Source: Octopus vulgaris
Lineage: Eukaryota
Assembly: GCA_951406725.2 (NCBI GenBank)
Contig: OX597831.1
Location: forward strand, 21,514,001 to 21,578,000
DNA: 64,000 bases
Direction of reading: 5' to 3'
Shown here: piece after piece, positions 14,509 to 29,466 of the stretch
How positions within the stretch are numbered: position 1 is the stretch's first letter
How the letters are laid out: each line of letters begins with the position of its first letter
Notes under the pieces: model-generated
Told to the model about the DNA's origin: nothing
What the model saw: the letters and a program-made list of their open reading frames with translations, nothing else
The model's database searches: none
Program-made: the position numbers and the translations under genes

Positions 14509-15993
14509 GTATATAAATATGTAGAAATGCATACGCACACACACACATATATATATATATACATACATTTATATACATATATATATATATATTTATATAG
14601 ATAGATAGAAAAATAGATAGTCAGATTGACCCACAGATAGATAGATTGGTGGATAGAAAAATGGATTAATACATAAACAGATAAAGAAATAGTTATTAAA
14701 GTCAGTATTTGTAATATACGGTGGTACGGTGTTCGTTATCAGCTATTGAATGCTTTCCCTACATCCATTACACTCTCCGTTTTGAATTAGTTTTTTCCCG
14801 TCCATTTTAGTTTGAGCTAAGTGCAATATATGTAGATAAGAAGATGGTAGATCATTTCTGTTCTAAGTTAAGAAGGACTAGACCATGCAAATGAGGTTGA
14901 GCAAGATATCCTATACAAAATTCACATTTCTCAAATGTCGTTTTTTTCTTATTTGAGACTGAGAAAGTGCCTTTGTTTTGGTTGCTGTTCACTCCCTTCG
15001 TGTAGGTTGTTGCTAACTTTGCTGGTTTAGATTTTCCTTGTTTCTGTTCGCCATGTATATTTTAATTGCGAATTTCTGGAGGAGCTTATTTCGTAAACAC
15101 ACTGTGGAACGTGCATATCGAGTTCACCCAGTTACGCCACCAATATAAACACTAATGTTAATATCACACATACCAGCACCAACATACACACACGCATGAA
15201 TGTATGCATACAGGGAAAGAGAGAAGGGGGAGAGAAAGAAAGAGCTAGAGAGAGATATGGATTGAGAGACAGAGGGAGAGATAAGGGACAGGCATATAGA
15301 CCGAGAGCCATAGATAGATAGATAAATAGAGAGAGAGAGAGAGAGGAAGAAAGACAGAGACAGAAATAGGAATAGAGAAAGAGTAAGAGGGTGGAAGGGA
15401 GAGAGCGAAAAGAGCGAGAGAGTGCGAGCAAGACAGATACGGGCTGAGAGAAAGACAGACGTATAGATGAATAGAAAACGAGAGAGAGAAAGAGAGTGAA
15501 AGAAAGAGGGAGGAAGGGAGCGAGCGAGAAAGGAAGCGAGCAAAAAACCGTTACAGATTGAAAGACAGACATAAATATAGACGGAGAAAAAGAGACAGAG
15601 AGACGGAGAGGGAGAGAGAGAGAGGGAGAGGGAGAGAGAGGGAGAGAGGGAGAGAGGGAGAGAGAGAGAGGGAGAGGGTGAGAGAGAGGGAGAGGGTGAG
15701 AGAGATGGAGAGAGAGAGGGAGAGTGAGAGATGGGTGTGTTACTTTAATCAAGGATCAAAGAGACTGGAAATCTAATGTGGATTCTTTACGAATTAAAGA
15801 TAACTCAAAAGCAAATAATGGTATTTGATAGAATGTTAATGATTTTTGCCAAGAATTTCTGGTTCTGCTAATTCAGAAAACTGAAATATGAATTTATATC
15901 ATAATATCGCTCTCACCCTCTCTATCCGCATACATACATTCATATACAAACACACACACACACACATACACGCACACACACACACAAACACAC

Positions 15994-16025
<32 letters not shown>

Positions 16026-16067
16026 GTATATAATACATATATATATATACATACATACATACATACA

Positions 16068-16116
<49 letters not shown>

Positions 16117-16149
16117 CATACATATATATACATATCTTTATATATATAT

Positions 16150-16552
16150 ACTCTTTTTACTCTTTTTACTCTTTTACTTGTTTCAGTCATTTGACTGCGG
16201 CCATGCTGGAGCACCGCCTTTAGTCGAGCAAATCGATCCCGGGACTTATTCCTTGTAAGCCCAGTACTTATTCTATCGGTCTCTTTTGCCGAACCGCTAA
16301 GAGACGGGGACGTAAACACACCAGCATCGGCTGTCAATCAAAGCTAGGGAGACAAACACAGACACACAAACACACACACATACATATATATATATACATA
16401 CATATATACGACAGGCTTCTTTCAGTTTCCGTCATTAGTCGGCCCGGGGCTATAGCAGAAGACACTTGCCCAAGATACCACGCAGTGGGACTGAACCTGG
16501 AACCATGTGGTTGGTAAGCAAGCTACTTACCACACAGCCACTCCTGCGCCTA
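16150..16552 (-). mobile_element. SINE family B, near full length
   Basis: Reverse complement of 39119-39535, with internal (TA)/(CA) tract. Confidence 0.9.
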
Positions 16553-16583
16553 TATATATATATATATAAATATATATATATAT

Positions 16584-16648
<65 letters not shown>

Positions 16649-16875
16649 TGTACTTGCATAGCAAATGACCTGATCTGAGATCGTGTGCTGGAAAGAAAAC
16701 AAATGCAGCATGGAAGGGGTTTATAAGCCGTATAAGAAACACAAAAAATTCGTTAGATTCACTTCAACATTTAAATTTAATCGTGCGAAATATTTTCGTC
16801 GCTTCGAGACCGCGACATGTTCACTGACAAAATTCCGTGCTGTATACACACACACACACACATATATATATATAA

Positions 16876-17367
<492 letters not shown>

Positions 17368-17563
17368 TTCGGAATGGTCATGTATACATATATATGTATA
17401 TATCAAAATGTGACCGCGTGTGAATCGTTGGCGATTTTTTTCCTCCGTCTTCCCTTCTCTGGATCTTTCCTTCGCCTATGCTTCCGACGAAGAGCGTCCA
17501 ATAATAGTATATTTGTTCCACGTCCTCGCGTTGTTGTGTTTTTTTGTACTTTCTTGTTTGAAT

Positions 17564-17725
<162 letters not shown>

Positions 17726-19512
17726 AATGTATACACTGGCGGTACCCTAGCCTGTTTGCAGCCTCAATGATGAAACATATAAACGAATAAAAGAATACAT
17801 ATGTGCGTAAGAAATAATTAATATCGAGTTGAATTAGGTACTTAAGTTAAGACACAAAGTCTTTCCGGTATGATCGGCACAGCTCAAAGTTAGATGAATA
17901 AAAAACAAATAAGTAACAATGATGTCCAGATATCAGTCTGTTTCCGCCGTTTCAAGAGGCTCTATTTAATCGACCAATGAAAGCACTACATCAATTTGAA
18001 ATAAACAGCTCTCCTCGGTTGCAGAAGACCATATAGATTTCCAATTCACAGGATGCACCATTATAATTCTTTATGATATCATTATCATTATCTTACTAGC
18101 GACTTCTGAGACATATTCTTTTATGTAGATATGGCTGGTTTTATGGTCCCAGTAAAATAGCGGTAGACATGAGTATCTGGTTTTAATTAATTTATCACCG
18201 CCAACGAGAACTTAACTGTCAACCCTCAATGAATTTAATTCGGAGGGGTTGTAGGCTACAGGCTGTAATGAGTCTTTTGAATGTGATAAGGATAAAGATG
18301 AATGTAGCTATATCACCATTCCTCTTTCTTGATCCCATTATTTTCTTCTGCCACTCTTAATTTTAGTAGGCTTTAAGTATTCTCCCCTAAATTCATTCTG
18401 TCACAAAATAACAAAGAGAAACAGTGAAGTTATTTTAGTCTCTAGCACTGATGAAAAATTTGCTTAAAAATCATAATGGTGTATTCTATATGTTGGAAGT
18501 CTATATGGTCGTCTGTATCCGTATATATCTCTTCGCTTTGAGTTCAAACCTCGTCAGGAATAATTTGGCCTTCGGTGGAGGTTGATAAAATTTTAGCAAT
18601 ACACATCGTTGGAGTGACAGAACAACTAGAAAGGATGACTTACACTATCTGTCCAAGATCTTCCTGTTCTGAGCGAAATGTCTGAGGAAAGACTGATGCC
18701 TAACAATAAAGGTCCAAGTCAACAGCTTTTGCTCTGGATATATATCGGCGCCGAGTTGAGGGAAATGTTGCTTGTAAGAGTAAAAAAAAAATTGTCAAAA
18801 AGTGTCTTGCCCCAACCTAGCAATCGGATAGGCTTGCATCCTCCCATTTTTTGTTAGTCGACGCCATTAAGTACCAGAGATTCTACCGGCTAGAGTTATT
18901 TTCTCCATCCACTTCAACACGTCCGTGCAATTATCATTCTTATTGCGCTCTTCCATTTCATGTCTATCGACGCGGATACGTGCATCGAGACATTACACAA
19001 CTGACAATTTCCCCACGCCCGTCCGCACAAACAAGTCCATTGACTCATACAAACAAAACCGAAAACAAAAAAAAAAAATAATGAATAAAACAATAAAAGA
19101 ATGCGTTGATGTGTGGTTAATATGTCATCGACGGAAGCCTTGTTAGAGGTATCTATTTATGTGAACGAGAGGGAAGTTGCCAGCAAGTTTGCCGGAACAA
19201 TGAATCTAAATTGACAGCAACGAAATTTGTATTGTATTGTTGTCACCCAACTAATCAATTGTTATGATAGAATTAAACAAAGAACAACAAAAGCCACATT
19301 ATTCCTACCCACGCATTAAATAATCTTTATATAACTTTGTTAACAAGATGACAGTCAGAAAAGATGGCGTCTCTTACAGTTATTTATCAAAGTACCTATC
19401 CTCTTAATGACTTACCCATATTGTCTGTAGCATCTTTTTCCCTCTTAGTCAATACTGCTTTATTTTTATATTATGGGTATTGTTATTGCTTGTACTATTT
19501 TTGTTGTTGTAA

Positions 19513-20125
19513 ACGCGACGAGCTGGTAGGATCCTTAGCACGCCGGGCGAAATGCTTAGCGGTATTTCGTCTGCGTTACGTTGTGAGTTCAAATTCAGCC
19601 GAGGTCGACTTTGCCTTTCATCCTTTCGGGGTCGATAAATTAAGTACCAGTTACGCACTGGGGTCGATGTAATCGACTTAATACCTATGTTTGTCCTTGT
19701 TTGTCCCCTCTGTGTTTAGCCCCTTGTGGGTAATAAAGAAATAGGTATTTCTTTCGGCGTTCAAATCCCGCCAAGTTAGACTTTGTCTTTCATCCTTTTG
19801 GAGTCGATAAAATAAGGACCCTTTGAGCACTAGTGTCAATATAATTTGCTTCCGCCATTCCCGAAATTGAAGGCCTTGTGCAAATATTTGAAATTATTAT
19901 TACTGTTAATGCTAAGGTGGTGAGTTGGAAGAATCATTAGCACGCCGGAGGAAATGCTTGGCTGTATTACGCTCATCTTTACGTTCTGAGTTCAAATTCC
20001 GCAGGGGATCGACTTGGCGTTTCATCCTTTTCAAAAATAAGTACCAGCTGAGCACTGGGGTCGATGTAATCGACTAGTCTCCTACACTCTAATTTCAGGC
20101 CTTTTACCTATAGTACAAAACATTA
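19513..20125 (+). mobile_element. Cluster of three SINE A-type copies
   Basis: Near-full copy at 19513-19743, fused truncated unit at 19744-19890, diverged copy at 19914-20125. Confidence 0.85.
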
Positions 20126-20142
20126 TTATTTTCACTGTTGTA

Positions 20143-20470
20143 TTCTTCTTCTTCTTCTTCTTCTTCTTCTTCTTCTTCTTCTTCTTCTTCTTCTTCTTCT
20201 TCTTCTTCTTCTTCTTCTTCTTCTTCTTCTTCTTCTTCTTCTTCTTCTTCTTCTTCTTCTTTTTCTTTTTTCCTTCTTCTTTTTCATCATTATCATCATC
20301 ATTATCATTATCATCATCATCATCATTATTGTCACCATCGTCCACTAACACTACCATCACTCACCACCACCACCACCATCATCTCCAACATTACCACCAC
20401 CAGCATCACCACTCTCGTCATTATCATCCTCATCATCATCCCCCTCCTCCTCATCAACGTCATCATCTTT
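20143..20470. repeat. (TTC)n followed by (CAT)/(CAC) low-complexity tract
   Basis: Directly visible. Confidence 0.93.
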
Positions 20471-20920
20471 AGAGCGCTTTACTCACTCAGATGTGTAATT
20501 CACTGCGTAATTCAATCACTAAACGATACCTGTATTTTATTTCACTTCATCAACCAAAATGCTTTCTTACATGTTGAAACCCATCATTTATTAATGAATC
20601 TATAATAAAACGGAAACATGTTAACAGTTATCCATCGTACCTCGAAAAATAATTTACACATACACAATAAATAATGCTCAATTATCCCAACTGCAAAATT
20701 TTTTCGAGCTTTTTTTTCAGCTTCATATATTGAGCATTGAAAACTATCTTCCATATTCATGCAGAGGTGCTGTATGAATAGTTGCGAAGTGGCTGGAATA
20801 AACATATAACGGCTAATTAATGGAACCTATAATTTACGGTTTGGTCAATTGCTTGTTTATATAAAGGTACACACACACACATGCACGCGCACATATATAT
20901 AAATAATTATCTCTCTCCTT

Positions 20921-20956
<36 letters not shown>

Positions 20957-21165
20957 ATATTGATGAGATCCGTAATAGCGTTCAAAGGACATTAACAAAC
21001 AACTTATACAAACGATCGATTAGTGACTTGCTTACGTAACTAACCAATTGACTAACAATACAGGAGTGAAATTGAATCAATGTGTGTTTCTTGTTATTTG
21101 CCTACTGACCTGCACTATATACAACACATATAATAATAATGATAATGATAATAATAATAATAATG

Positions 21166-21231
<66 letters not shown>

Positions 21232-21237
21232 TGTATA

Positions 21238-21398
21238 TAGGAGTGACTGTGTGGTAAGTAGCTTGTTTACCAACCACATGGTTCCGGGTTCGGTCCCACT
21301 GCGTGGCACCTTGGGCAAGTGTCTTCTACTATAGCCTCGGGCCGGCCAAAGCCTTGTGAGTGGATTTGGTAGACGGAATCTAAAAGAAGTCCGTCGTA
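21238..21398 (+). mobile_element. SINE family B, 5' half
   Basis: GGAGTG.CTGTGTGGTAAGTAGCTTG..GGTTCCGGGTTC.GTCCCACTGCGTGGCACCTTGGGCAAGTG. Confidence 0.88.
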
Positions 21399-21409
21399 TA
21401 TATGCATGT

Positions 21410-21442
<33 letters not shown>

Positions 21443-21703
21443 CGAAGACAGAAAAATTTAATATTTAAAAAACACATATCCTCTAACTACATTTTATCCA
21501 GGGTTTCCTGGTCGAAATTATAATTGATTCCGCCATTTGTCAAACTGAAAACAACACCGTTTGCCAGTTGTCTATTGAGAAGATAACGTTTAAACAAGCG
21601 ACACTGGTAAAGAAGAAGGCAAAAATAAAAATAAAAAAACAAGGGAGATAACAAATGTTACAATAGATCGGTGTCATGCAGATGTAAACCAGATGTTTAT
21701 GAC

Positions 21704-22000
21704 TTACGAATTGTCCGGTGGTCTGCTTTTAAATTCCAGGGGGAATTTTTCGAAATGCGGACGCAGACAAATCTTGTTCTTCGAATTTATGAATTCGTTG
21801 GGGTTTCCAAAAATTTTTTAAGAGATACAGTTTTTTTCAAAGGAACACACTGAACACTTTTTGGACCCGTTAATACAGGGTCTGAATTTGGATAGACTTT
21901 TCCATTTGATGTCGAAACTAGTCCCATCGTCTGTCAGTCTCCAAATTAATACCGAAATGTTTGTTGAAAGTCTCTTGAATTCGAAAGATTACTGTTAAAT
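21704..22000 (-). mobile_element. Penelope-like element remnant, GIY-YIG endonuclease C-terminal part
   Basis: Manual translation SFEFKRLSTNISVLIWRLTDDGTSFDIKWKSLSKFRPCINGSKKCSVCSFEKNCIS*..FINSKNKICLRPHFEKF resembles the PLE pattern ST.LS..IW.L.D....I.WK.L......SK.C.LC..EK....LN......C.H..KF. Contains stops. Confidence 0.75.
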
Positions 22001-22136
22001 TAGCTTCTAGAAGAACCTGTCTTTAGCACTCCATTTTTAATATTGAGGACATTTCTATTCTGTTCGCATCTCAAACTTTCTAAAGTATCATGTTTGTATA
22101 TATGTGTTAATATATATATATATGTATATATATATA

Positions 22137-22433
22137 TCACCGTGACCGACCAGGCTATCAGATATTGCTACACATCGCTGTTCACAATGTGCTTCGCATT
22201 GTTTTAGCCTTCAAATGACGCCACCCCGCTGGCTAAGCGAGCAGGCCAACAGAAGAAAAAGTGAGAGAAAGTTGTGGCGAAAGAGTACAGCAGGGATCGC
22301 CCCCCCCCTGCCGGAGTCTCGTGGAGCTTTAGGTGTTTTCGCTCAATAAACACTCACAACGCCCGTTCTGGGAATCGAAACCGCGATCCTACGACCGCGA
22401 GTCCGCTGCCCTAACAATTGGGCCAATGCGCCT

Positions 22434-22437
<4 letters not shown>
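22137..22437 (-). mobile_element. SINE family D, full length
   Basis: Head GGAGGCGCATTGGCCC..GTTAGGGCAGCGGACTCGCGGTCGTAGGATCGCGGTTTCGATTCCC (tRNA-Arg-like); tail ..GATAGCCTGGTCGGTCACGGTGA. Confidence 0.9.
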
Positions 22438-22529
<92 letters not shown>

Positions 22530-23355
22530 CTCAAACCAATGATTGCTTATGAGAGTCCCGTGAAGTAGTCACTAGAGCCAATCAAGGAGCTTAGTAGTCG
22601 CTTGACTTAATAAGGGAGCCTATAAGAAATCACTGGATGAACTGAAGCAGCTCCTATGTAGACACTGGAATCAATGATAAAGATTCTTAGTATTTACTCG
22701 AGTCAATGATAGGGACATGAAGTAATTACTCAAGCTCACCAATATTTCTCTAAGTTGTCTCTCAAATCAATGAGGAAACGTTAACAGATCCCGCGAGAAA
22801 GATAACGGACAGTTGAGGGAACAACCAAACAAGCGAATGATATGAAGGGGTTCATAGAACATGCGCAAAAGCAAGGTTTCCAAATAGTCAGCGAATATGT
22901 ATCTAAGTACCTGAAAAGGAGTGGGATGGTCATGGCTGGGGTGTATGTATTTGATCAAACAGAATAATACAATCAAACATTACTAGTCTGGCTACACGCT
23001 TATAGTAAGAGATTATGCTAAAATGACCGAAATATACATTTACATTTAAAGCAAGTCTTACGACATATATCCGTTTGCAAGCAGGAGTTAGATATGAAGA
23101 GTGGTACAATGTCATTAACGGATAATATCACCGAAAGAGTCGCAAGCATACAACTTGATATTGAATTATATATTGCAATTATTAAATATCGACCTGATCA
23201 TATATATACGTACGTATGTATATACATATTCACACGTAAGTATATGCATGCATTTGTGCATATATATATATCTTTATATCTGCATATATATACATATATA
23301 TTTAATATATATATATATACACACATACATACAAATATACATACATATTATGTGT

Positions 23356-23419
<64 letters not shown>

Positions 23420-23747
23420 CGTGCGTGAGTGTTTCTATATATGCAGGGATACAGCAGGAAGGGAAACTGGTCATAGAAATGAAAAAGGGTACTGGATATT
23501 TGTCAGGATTCTACGTGAGGTGGAACAATGCAAAATTCTTGTTTCGTTTCTTATTTTTGGGGGACTCAAAAGAAACTGTAAAACCAGGGAAATGTTTGAC
23601 AGGAATTACACAGAACTGGCCAACTTTGCCTGACAGGTTCATACTTTATGTCTGGTAAACTATGTATTTTCAGAGCGTATTCAGTTGGATTTCGTCGTCT
23701 ATTGTGAAAACCTGATATTTATATAAATACATACATACATACATACA

Positions 23748-23779
<32 letters not shown>

Positions 23780-24144
23780 AATATACATATAAATATACAT
23801 ATATACGAGTGCGTGTATGTATGTGTCTGTGTGTGATTGTATGAATATACATATATATTTGTAAACCCATACACAAACACGTATGTATATATACATATAT
23901 TTACCTATATTTATAGCTATATACATAAAAACAAATTGATGTGAAAGTCAATATATCTAACTGTATTTCTTTTTCTCGCTGAATACACACAGGTACACAC
24001 ACATATAAATGAATGTATATGTTTGTATCTAATTATAAATGTGTTCGTATGCGTGTGTATATACCGTTGTATATATGTGTACGTTTGTGTGTGTAGATGT
24101 CTAAATAAACTCATATATGTGTATGTGTACATACACGCATATAA

Positions 24145-24181
<37 letters not shown>

Positions 24182-24380
24182 TGCGTACATAAAATATGTT
24201 GTGTATTTATGTATATATATATATATAATGCGTACATAAAATATGTTGTGTATATATGTATAAATATATATATACATATATATGTATGTATAAATATATA
24301 TATATATGATACATGTATTGTGTATATAAATATATACATATATACGTGTAAATATGTATGTGTGAATGTATGTGTGCATG

Positions 24381-24431
<51 letters not shown>

Positions 24432-25129
24432 CATGCAAAGAAATGAATTGGTGGAAGGGGAAGAGGAAGGCGAAGACCAAATAGATTAAGAGCAAGAGAG
24501 GGAAAGAAAGGCAGAGCAACTTCCATAACAATGAATTCTTGTGAGATATTCTCAGTTCGTTGGAAGATGAAATATTCGACAAGTGAGATTCATTTGGGAG
24601 TTGCACACACATTTCTTTGTGTAACTAACACCTTTTACTAGTTTTCCTGCATTTTATCTTTTAGCCTTGTCTTAGATACACTTACTCCATGCAGAATTGC
24701 TATTTTCGATATTGATAGTATAACAGATAATTTTTTGTTTTGTAATATATTATTTACTCTTTGTTACACTTTCCAACGAAAATAAAGAAGAGCTAGTGTG
24801 ATGTCTTGTTCAGATATATATGTTGTTTTGGGATTTCAAAGACGCCATAGTGATAATCGTTTTAAAACCAAAATATATATACTAGCTTGTACCGAAATCT
24901 ACTGGATTATGATGTCTGAAATGTAATCCAAGAGGTTTGTCATGTTATGGAGGTTATATGAGTAGGAGAAACGTTCTTTCTGAATTGCAAATTGTAAGAT
25001 CTTGTAACCTTCGACTTTCTTTGCTCAAAATATATTCATTTTCTTATACTTATTAGCAGAAAATAGAATCATCAAGAGAGATATATTCAACACGAAGCTC
25101 AGTTTATTGTATGTATATATCTATAGATG

Positions 25130-25216
<87 letters not shown>

Positions 25217-25220
<4 letters not shown>

Positions 25221-25564
25221 GGGTAAGCTGAAATATTAGAAATTACCATTACCAGTGGCCTAGCGAGTAAAAGATTTGGTCAATAAACTATATATTATTC
25301 ATATAAATACAGTGTACATTTAAACACATAAGAAACATCCATCATAGGACTCCTTGCACGCTAGAGGGGACAGTTACATTCTAAACAACTCTTAGGGATA
25401 AAATTTCGAAGGGAATGAAAAATAAAGGAGTTAGATGTTAAATGTTTTTATTTTACATTCCATTCGAAATTTTATCCCTAAGAGTGGTTTAGAATTTAAC
25501 TGTCCTCTCTAGCGTGCAGGGAATCCTATGATGGATGCCTCTTATGTATTTAAATGTACACTGC

Positions 25565-25572
<8 letters not shown>
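25217..25572. mobile_element. Foldback cassette in (TA)n
   Basis: Arms at 25301-25426 and 25447-25572 (11 mismatches in 126 bp by eye), 20-nt loop, unique tail at 25217-25300, TA tracts on both sides. Confidence 0.75.
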
Positions 25573-25600
<28 letters not shown>

Positions 25601-25860
25601 CTTATGAGAGGTAATGGTGTCAATAAGTAATAAAAGTTTTGGTTACAAATTCTATACTTAAAATGACCAATTTCAAATACTATTGGAGCTTACTCACAAG
25701 GTACAGGAATCTTATATATATATATATATACCATTCTGACTAAATAATGGTACTACGGATACAATATCCCTGCATATCTCACGCCTATTTTCATTCCTCC
25801 ACTTCACTCTCTATTTTATTTCTTATGTAGGATAACTATTGCTTAACATTTTCTCACACC

Positions 25861-25910
25861 GTCTCCGATGAAGGGATATATAAAATATCTCGGAAACAGC
25901 TGCAAAACCT
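25861..25910 (+). ncRNA. Decayed type I hammerhead-like motif
   Basis: GTCT-CCGATGA-A-GGGATAT..ATATCTC-G-GAAA-CAGCTG-CA-AAAC, within a TA-flanked cassette at 25731-25968. Confidence 0.45.
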
Positions 25911-25965
25911 ATTTATAATGATCTGAAATCTTTCACATCCTTGGATTTTTATCCCATTGTGTTAA

Positions 25966-26050
<85 letters not shown>

Positions 26051-26140
26051 ATGCTGGTATACTTATTCCCATATCTGTAGATATCTATTCACAAACATAA
26101 GTAAAATATACCTCACAACATATATATTAATATGTATATA

Positions 26141-26275
26141 TTAGGTCATCCCTTATATAATGCGGTTTTCCATACTTCTTTTATTTTTCAATAGTATCAT
26201 AAACAAAGTTCTTTTATAATCTAAAAATATACGCTCCTTCATTTTTTTAAATGCTCTTTCATCTATCTATGGCGC
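26141..26275 (-). mobile_element. mariner 3' end remnant
   Basis: TIR-like TTAGGTCATCCCTTATATAATGCGGTTTT plus a decayed C-terminus (DR*KSI*KNEGAYIF). Confidence 0.6.
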
Positions 26276-27543
26276 CGGATTCCTTTGTAATGTATTCGCT
26301 AAAACGCTTAACTCACTTCTAGCAGCACCATGTGAACCGCCTTGACCAATAGCAACCTAATCCCTAATAGCCCTATTGGACTCCCTGTACCGCTTCATTC
26401 GGTTAACGAAGCCTGAACGAGCTAGGTTCCTGTAAAGGAGCTTGTGAAACTTTAAATCGCATGAAACCGTCAAAATATTAAAAAAAATAATATATGTAAC
26501 TCCTACAAAATATGTTCTCTTTGGAACGAAGGTTTCGAAATGAACCTTTTTTTTCGAGGACGCACCATTTGAAAACCTTACCGTGTCAAACACATACATA
26601 ACCACAAACGCTCGCATTTGTATGATAGATATTAATTTGTAAACTAAATTCATGTGAATATGTTGTTTTAAACGTAGTAATCTCCAGTATTTCTTTGGCC
26701 TTAGCAATCATCTCTAGAGCGCATAGTTTATATCGGGATATGAATTTGTAGTAATATTCGACTCGTGCTAAAATATTCGCCTTCTGCTAAATGGCACAGA
26801 TTAGATCGGCAGACGAAATTGAGAGTAATAGTCGCTTCGTCAGCATCAGGCATCATTAAGTCGTTGAATGTCAGCTTCCATTTTAAGTTTACACATTCGA
26901 GTAAAATTGGACCAGCAAATCAATATTAGCCATTTTATTCAGAATTCCTACAGCTTTTTACGACAGCACACACTGTTTAATCAGTGTTCTGTGTTTGACT
27001 ACAATACTTTGACGAAGTTACTGTCCGGCTTTTCCGTCGAAATAAGCTGATGCAGGGGAAAGTTTCGCGTACCTATAAGATCTGTGCTTTTTAGCTCTTA
27101 ACGTCTATACGAGGTGATTTCCCAGGATGGCAACTGCAGATTAGGGCGCTTACGACAACTCATCCAAATTAAAACGGATGTTCTATTCGTTACAAAGTTT
27201 GCTTTCGTCGCTGATAGCTAATATATGTACGTGTACATGACTGTACTTGTACATGTGTGTGCATGTGTATGTCTGTATGTGTGTGTGTGTGCGCCTGTGT
27301 GTTTCCGCGCGTGTCTGTGTGATATTATACATTGACGCTACTCTGGAGATTAAGATTCCCGTTAACAAACCCCCTGCTTTGGTCATAATCATAGCTACTT
27401 AAGTTAAATCGGGCAATTTAGACGGTCAAAATACTGACACAATACCTTTATGGTAGTGTTTAACACAGTTATTAGTTCTCTAGACACCAGATATCCTACA
27501 GGTGATATCATAAGTAACTCCGTCTTCTTCTGTATCGTATATA

Positions 27544-27626
<83 letters not shown>

Positions 27627-27807
27627 GTATATATACATACATAATTACATACATATATATGTGTATATATATATACATATATAGTATGTATCTATATAAT
27701 ATACATGATACACACACACACATATATATGTATACATATGTGAGCGTATGTGTGCATGTCTGTGTATGCATATACATAGATTTGCTATGTGTATCTGTAT
27801 GATATAC

Positions 27808-27883
<76 letters not shown>

Positions 27884-28539
27884 TTATACACACACACAGC
27901 ACACGTGTATATAATGTTGTGGATACGTACACGTGCGTATGTTTGATTTGTAATTTACAAATGCAAATATATCTCCGTGTCTCACAATAGCTTTATTCAC
28001 CTCCTTCTTTGCCGTAGCGTCTCATCTTATTCTTTTTTTCACAGATGGCTTCGAACACCAGATTTGTATCCATCTTCAATTGTCAATATTAACAAACAGA
28101 TTAGACCAACACATTATTGCGGAATTACCTTCGTTTAGTATTATTTAGTATTATTTTTTTGTGTTTACAGCAAGTTTTTCTCTGGCTTATTACTTTTAAA
28201 ATCTCAGTTTGTTGGTTTTCACCTCAAACTCCAGCACATCGTTCTGATTCTAACGCATTCCTCTAACTTATCGGTCTTCTGATTAATAAATCTATTTTTA
28301 TTATTTCCTACATTCCTAGTTGTCGCACATTTACAATAACGTTTGGGAATTGGTCAAAGGTTAATGGCTTTTTCCTACTCAGTTGTCTTCATTATATATT
28401 CATCTACACATAGTAGACACACACACACACACACACACAGACACACACACAGACACACACACACACACACAGAGGAATACATATACAACTATGTTGATGT
28501 ATATTCGTATATACATGAATATATTTATACTTATGTAAA

Positions 28540-28585
<46 letters not shown>

Positions 28586-28720
28586 CAGATTCACATACAC
28601 TCATATACTTATATAAATGCATATATATATACATATCCACATACACACATATGCTTATATAAATGCATATATATATATATATATATTTACATACACACAT
28701 ATACTTATATAAATGCATAC

Positions 28721-28810
<90 letters not shown>

Positions 28811-29288
28811 TCACATACACACATATACTTATATAAATGCATATATATATATATATATACATATTCACGCATATATATACATATATATTCACATATATAC
28901 ATACATATTCACATACACAGAATATAATTATGCGTACCTATATAATACACATATAAATTGTGGATAATGCGATGTCAAAACACGTGAGAAAGGAGATACA
29001 TCCAGTTATAACTCAGGTGAAATTTGTGCGTAAACTCCAACATCAATTGCAGGGACTTGGCAGCTGCCTAAATGAGAATTGGCAACAGAATCACAATACA
29101 AACGCGTACACCTACACACATATGTATCAAAATGATTAGCCTCCATCCGCCGATTAATTCATAAGGCCCCGAAGCTAAAATTGAAGGCGCTAGTTTTAGT
29201 AGTCACATAGTATGTCTGAATTAGAGATACGTGGACGTGACGTCATCTTCTGAATTACACCTCCATTAACTGAATACATAACTCTGTA

Positions 29289-29466
29289 ACTACGGAAAGT
29301 CATTATGCTAATATTATTAGCCCACGCGCTGGTTCAAATCTAATCCTTGATTATTAGTCAGTTGGTTAGATATCCAATTAACTAATCGATTGTTTAACTA
29401 GTAATAAAGGAGTAGAATTGAGCCAGTGCGTGTGGTAATGATACTGTCATAATGACTCTCCATAGT
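29289..29466. repeat. Old inverted repeat, MITE-like hairpin
   Basis: 70-bp arms at 29289-29358 and 29397-29466 align without gaps at roughly 80% identity. Confidence 0.75.
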
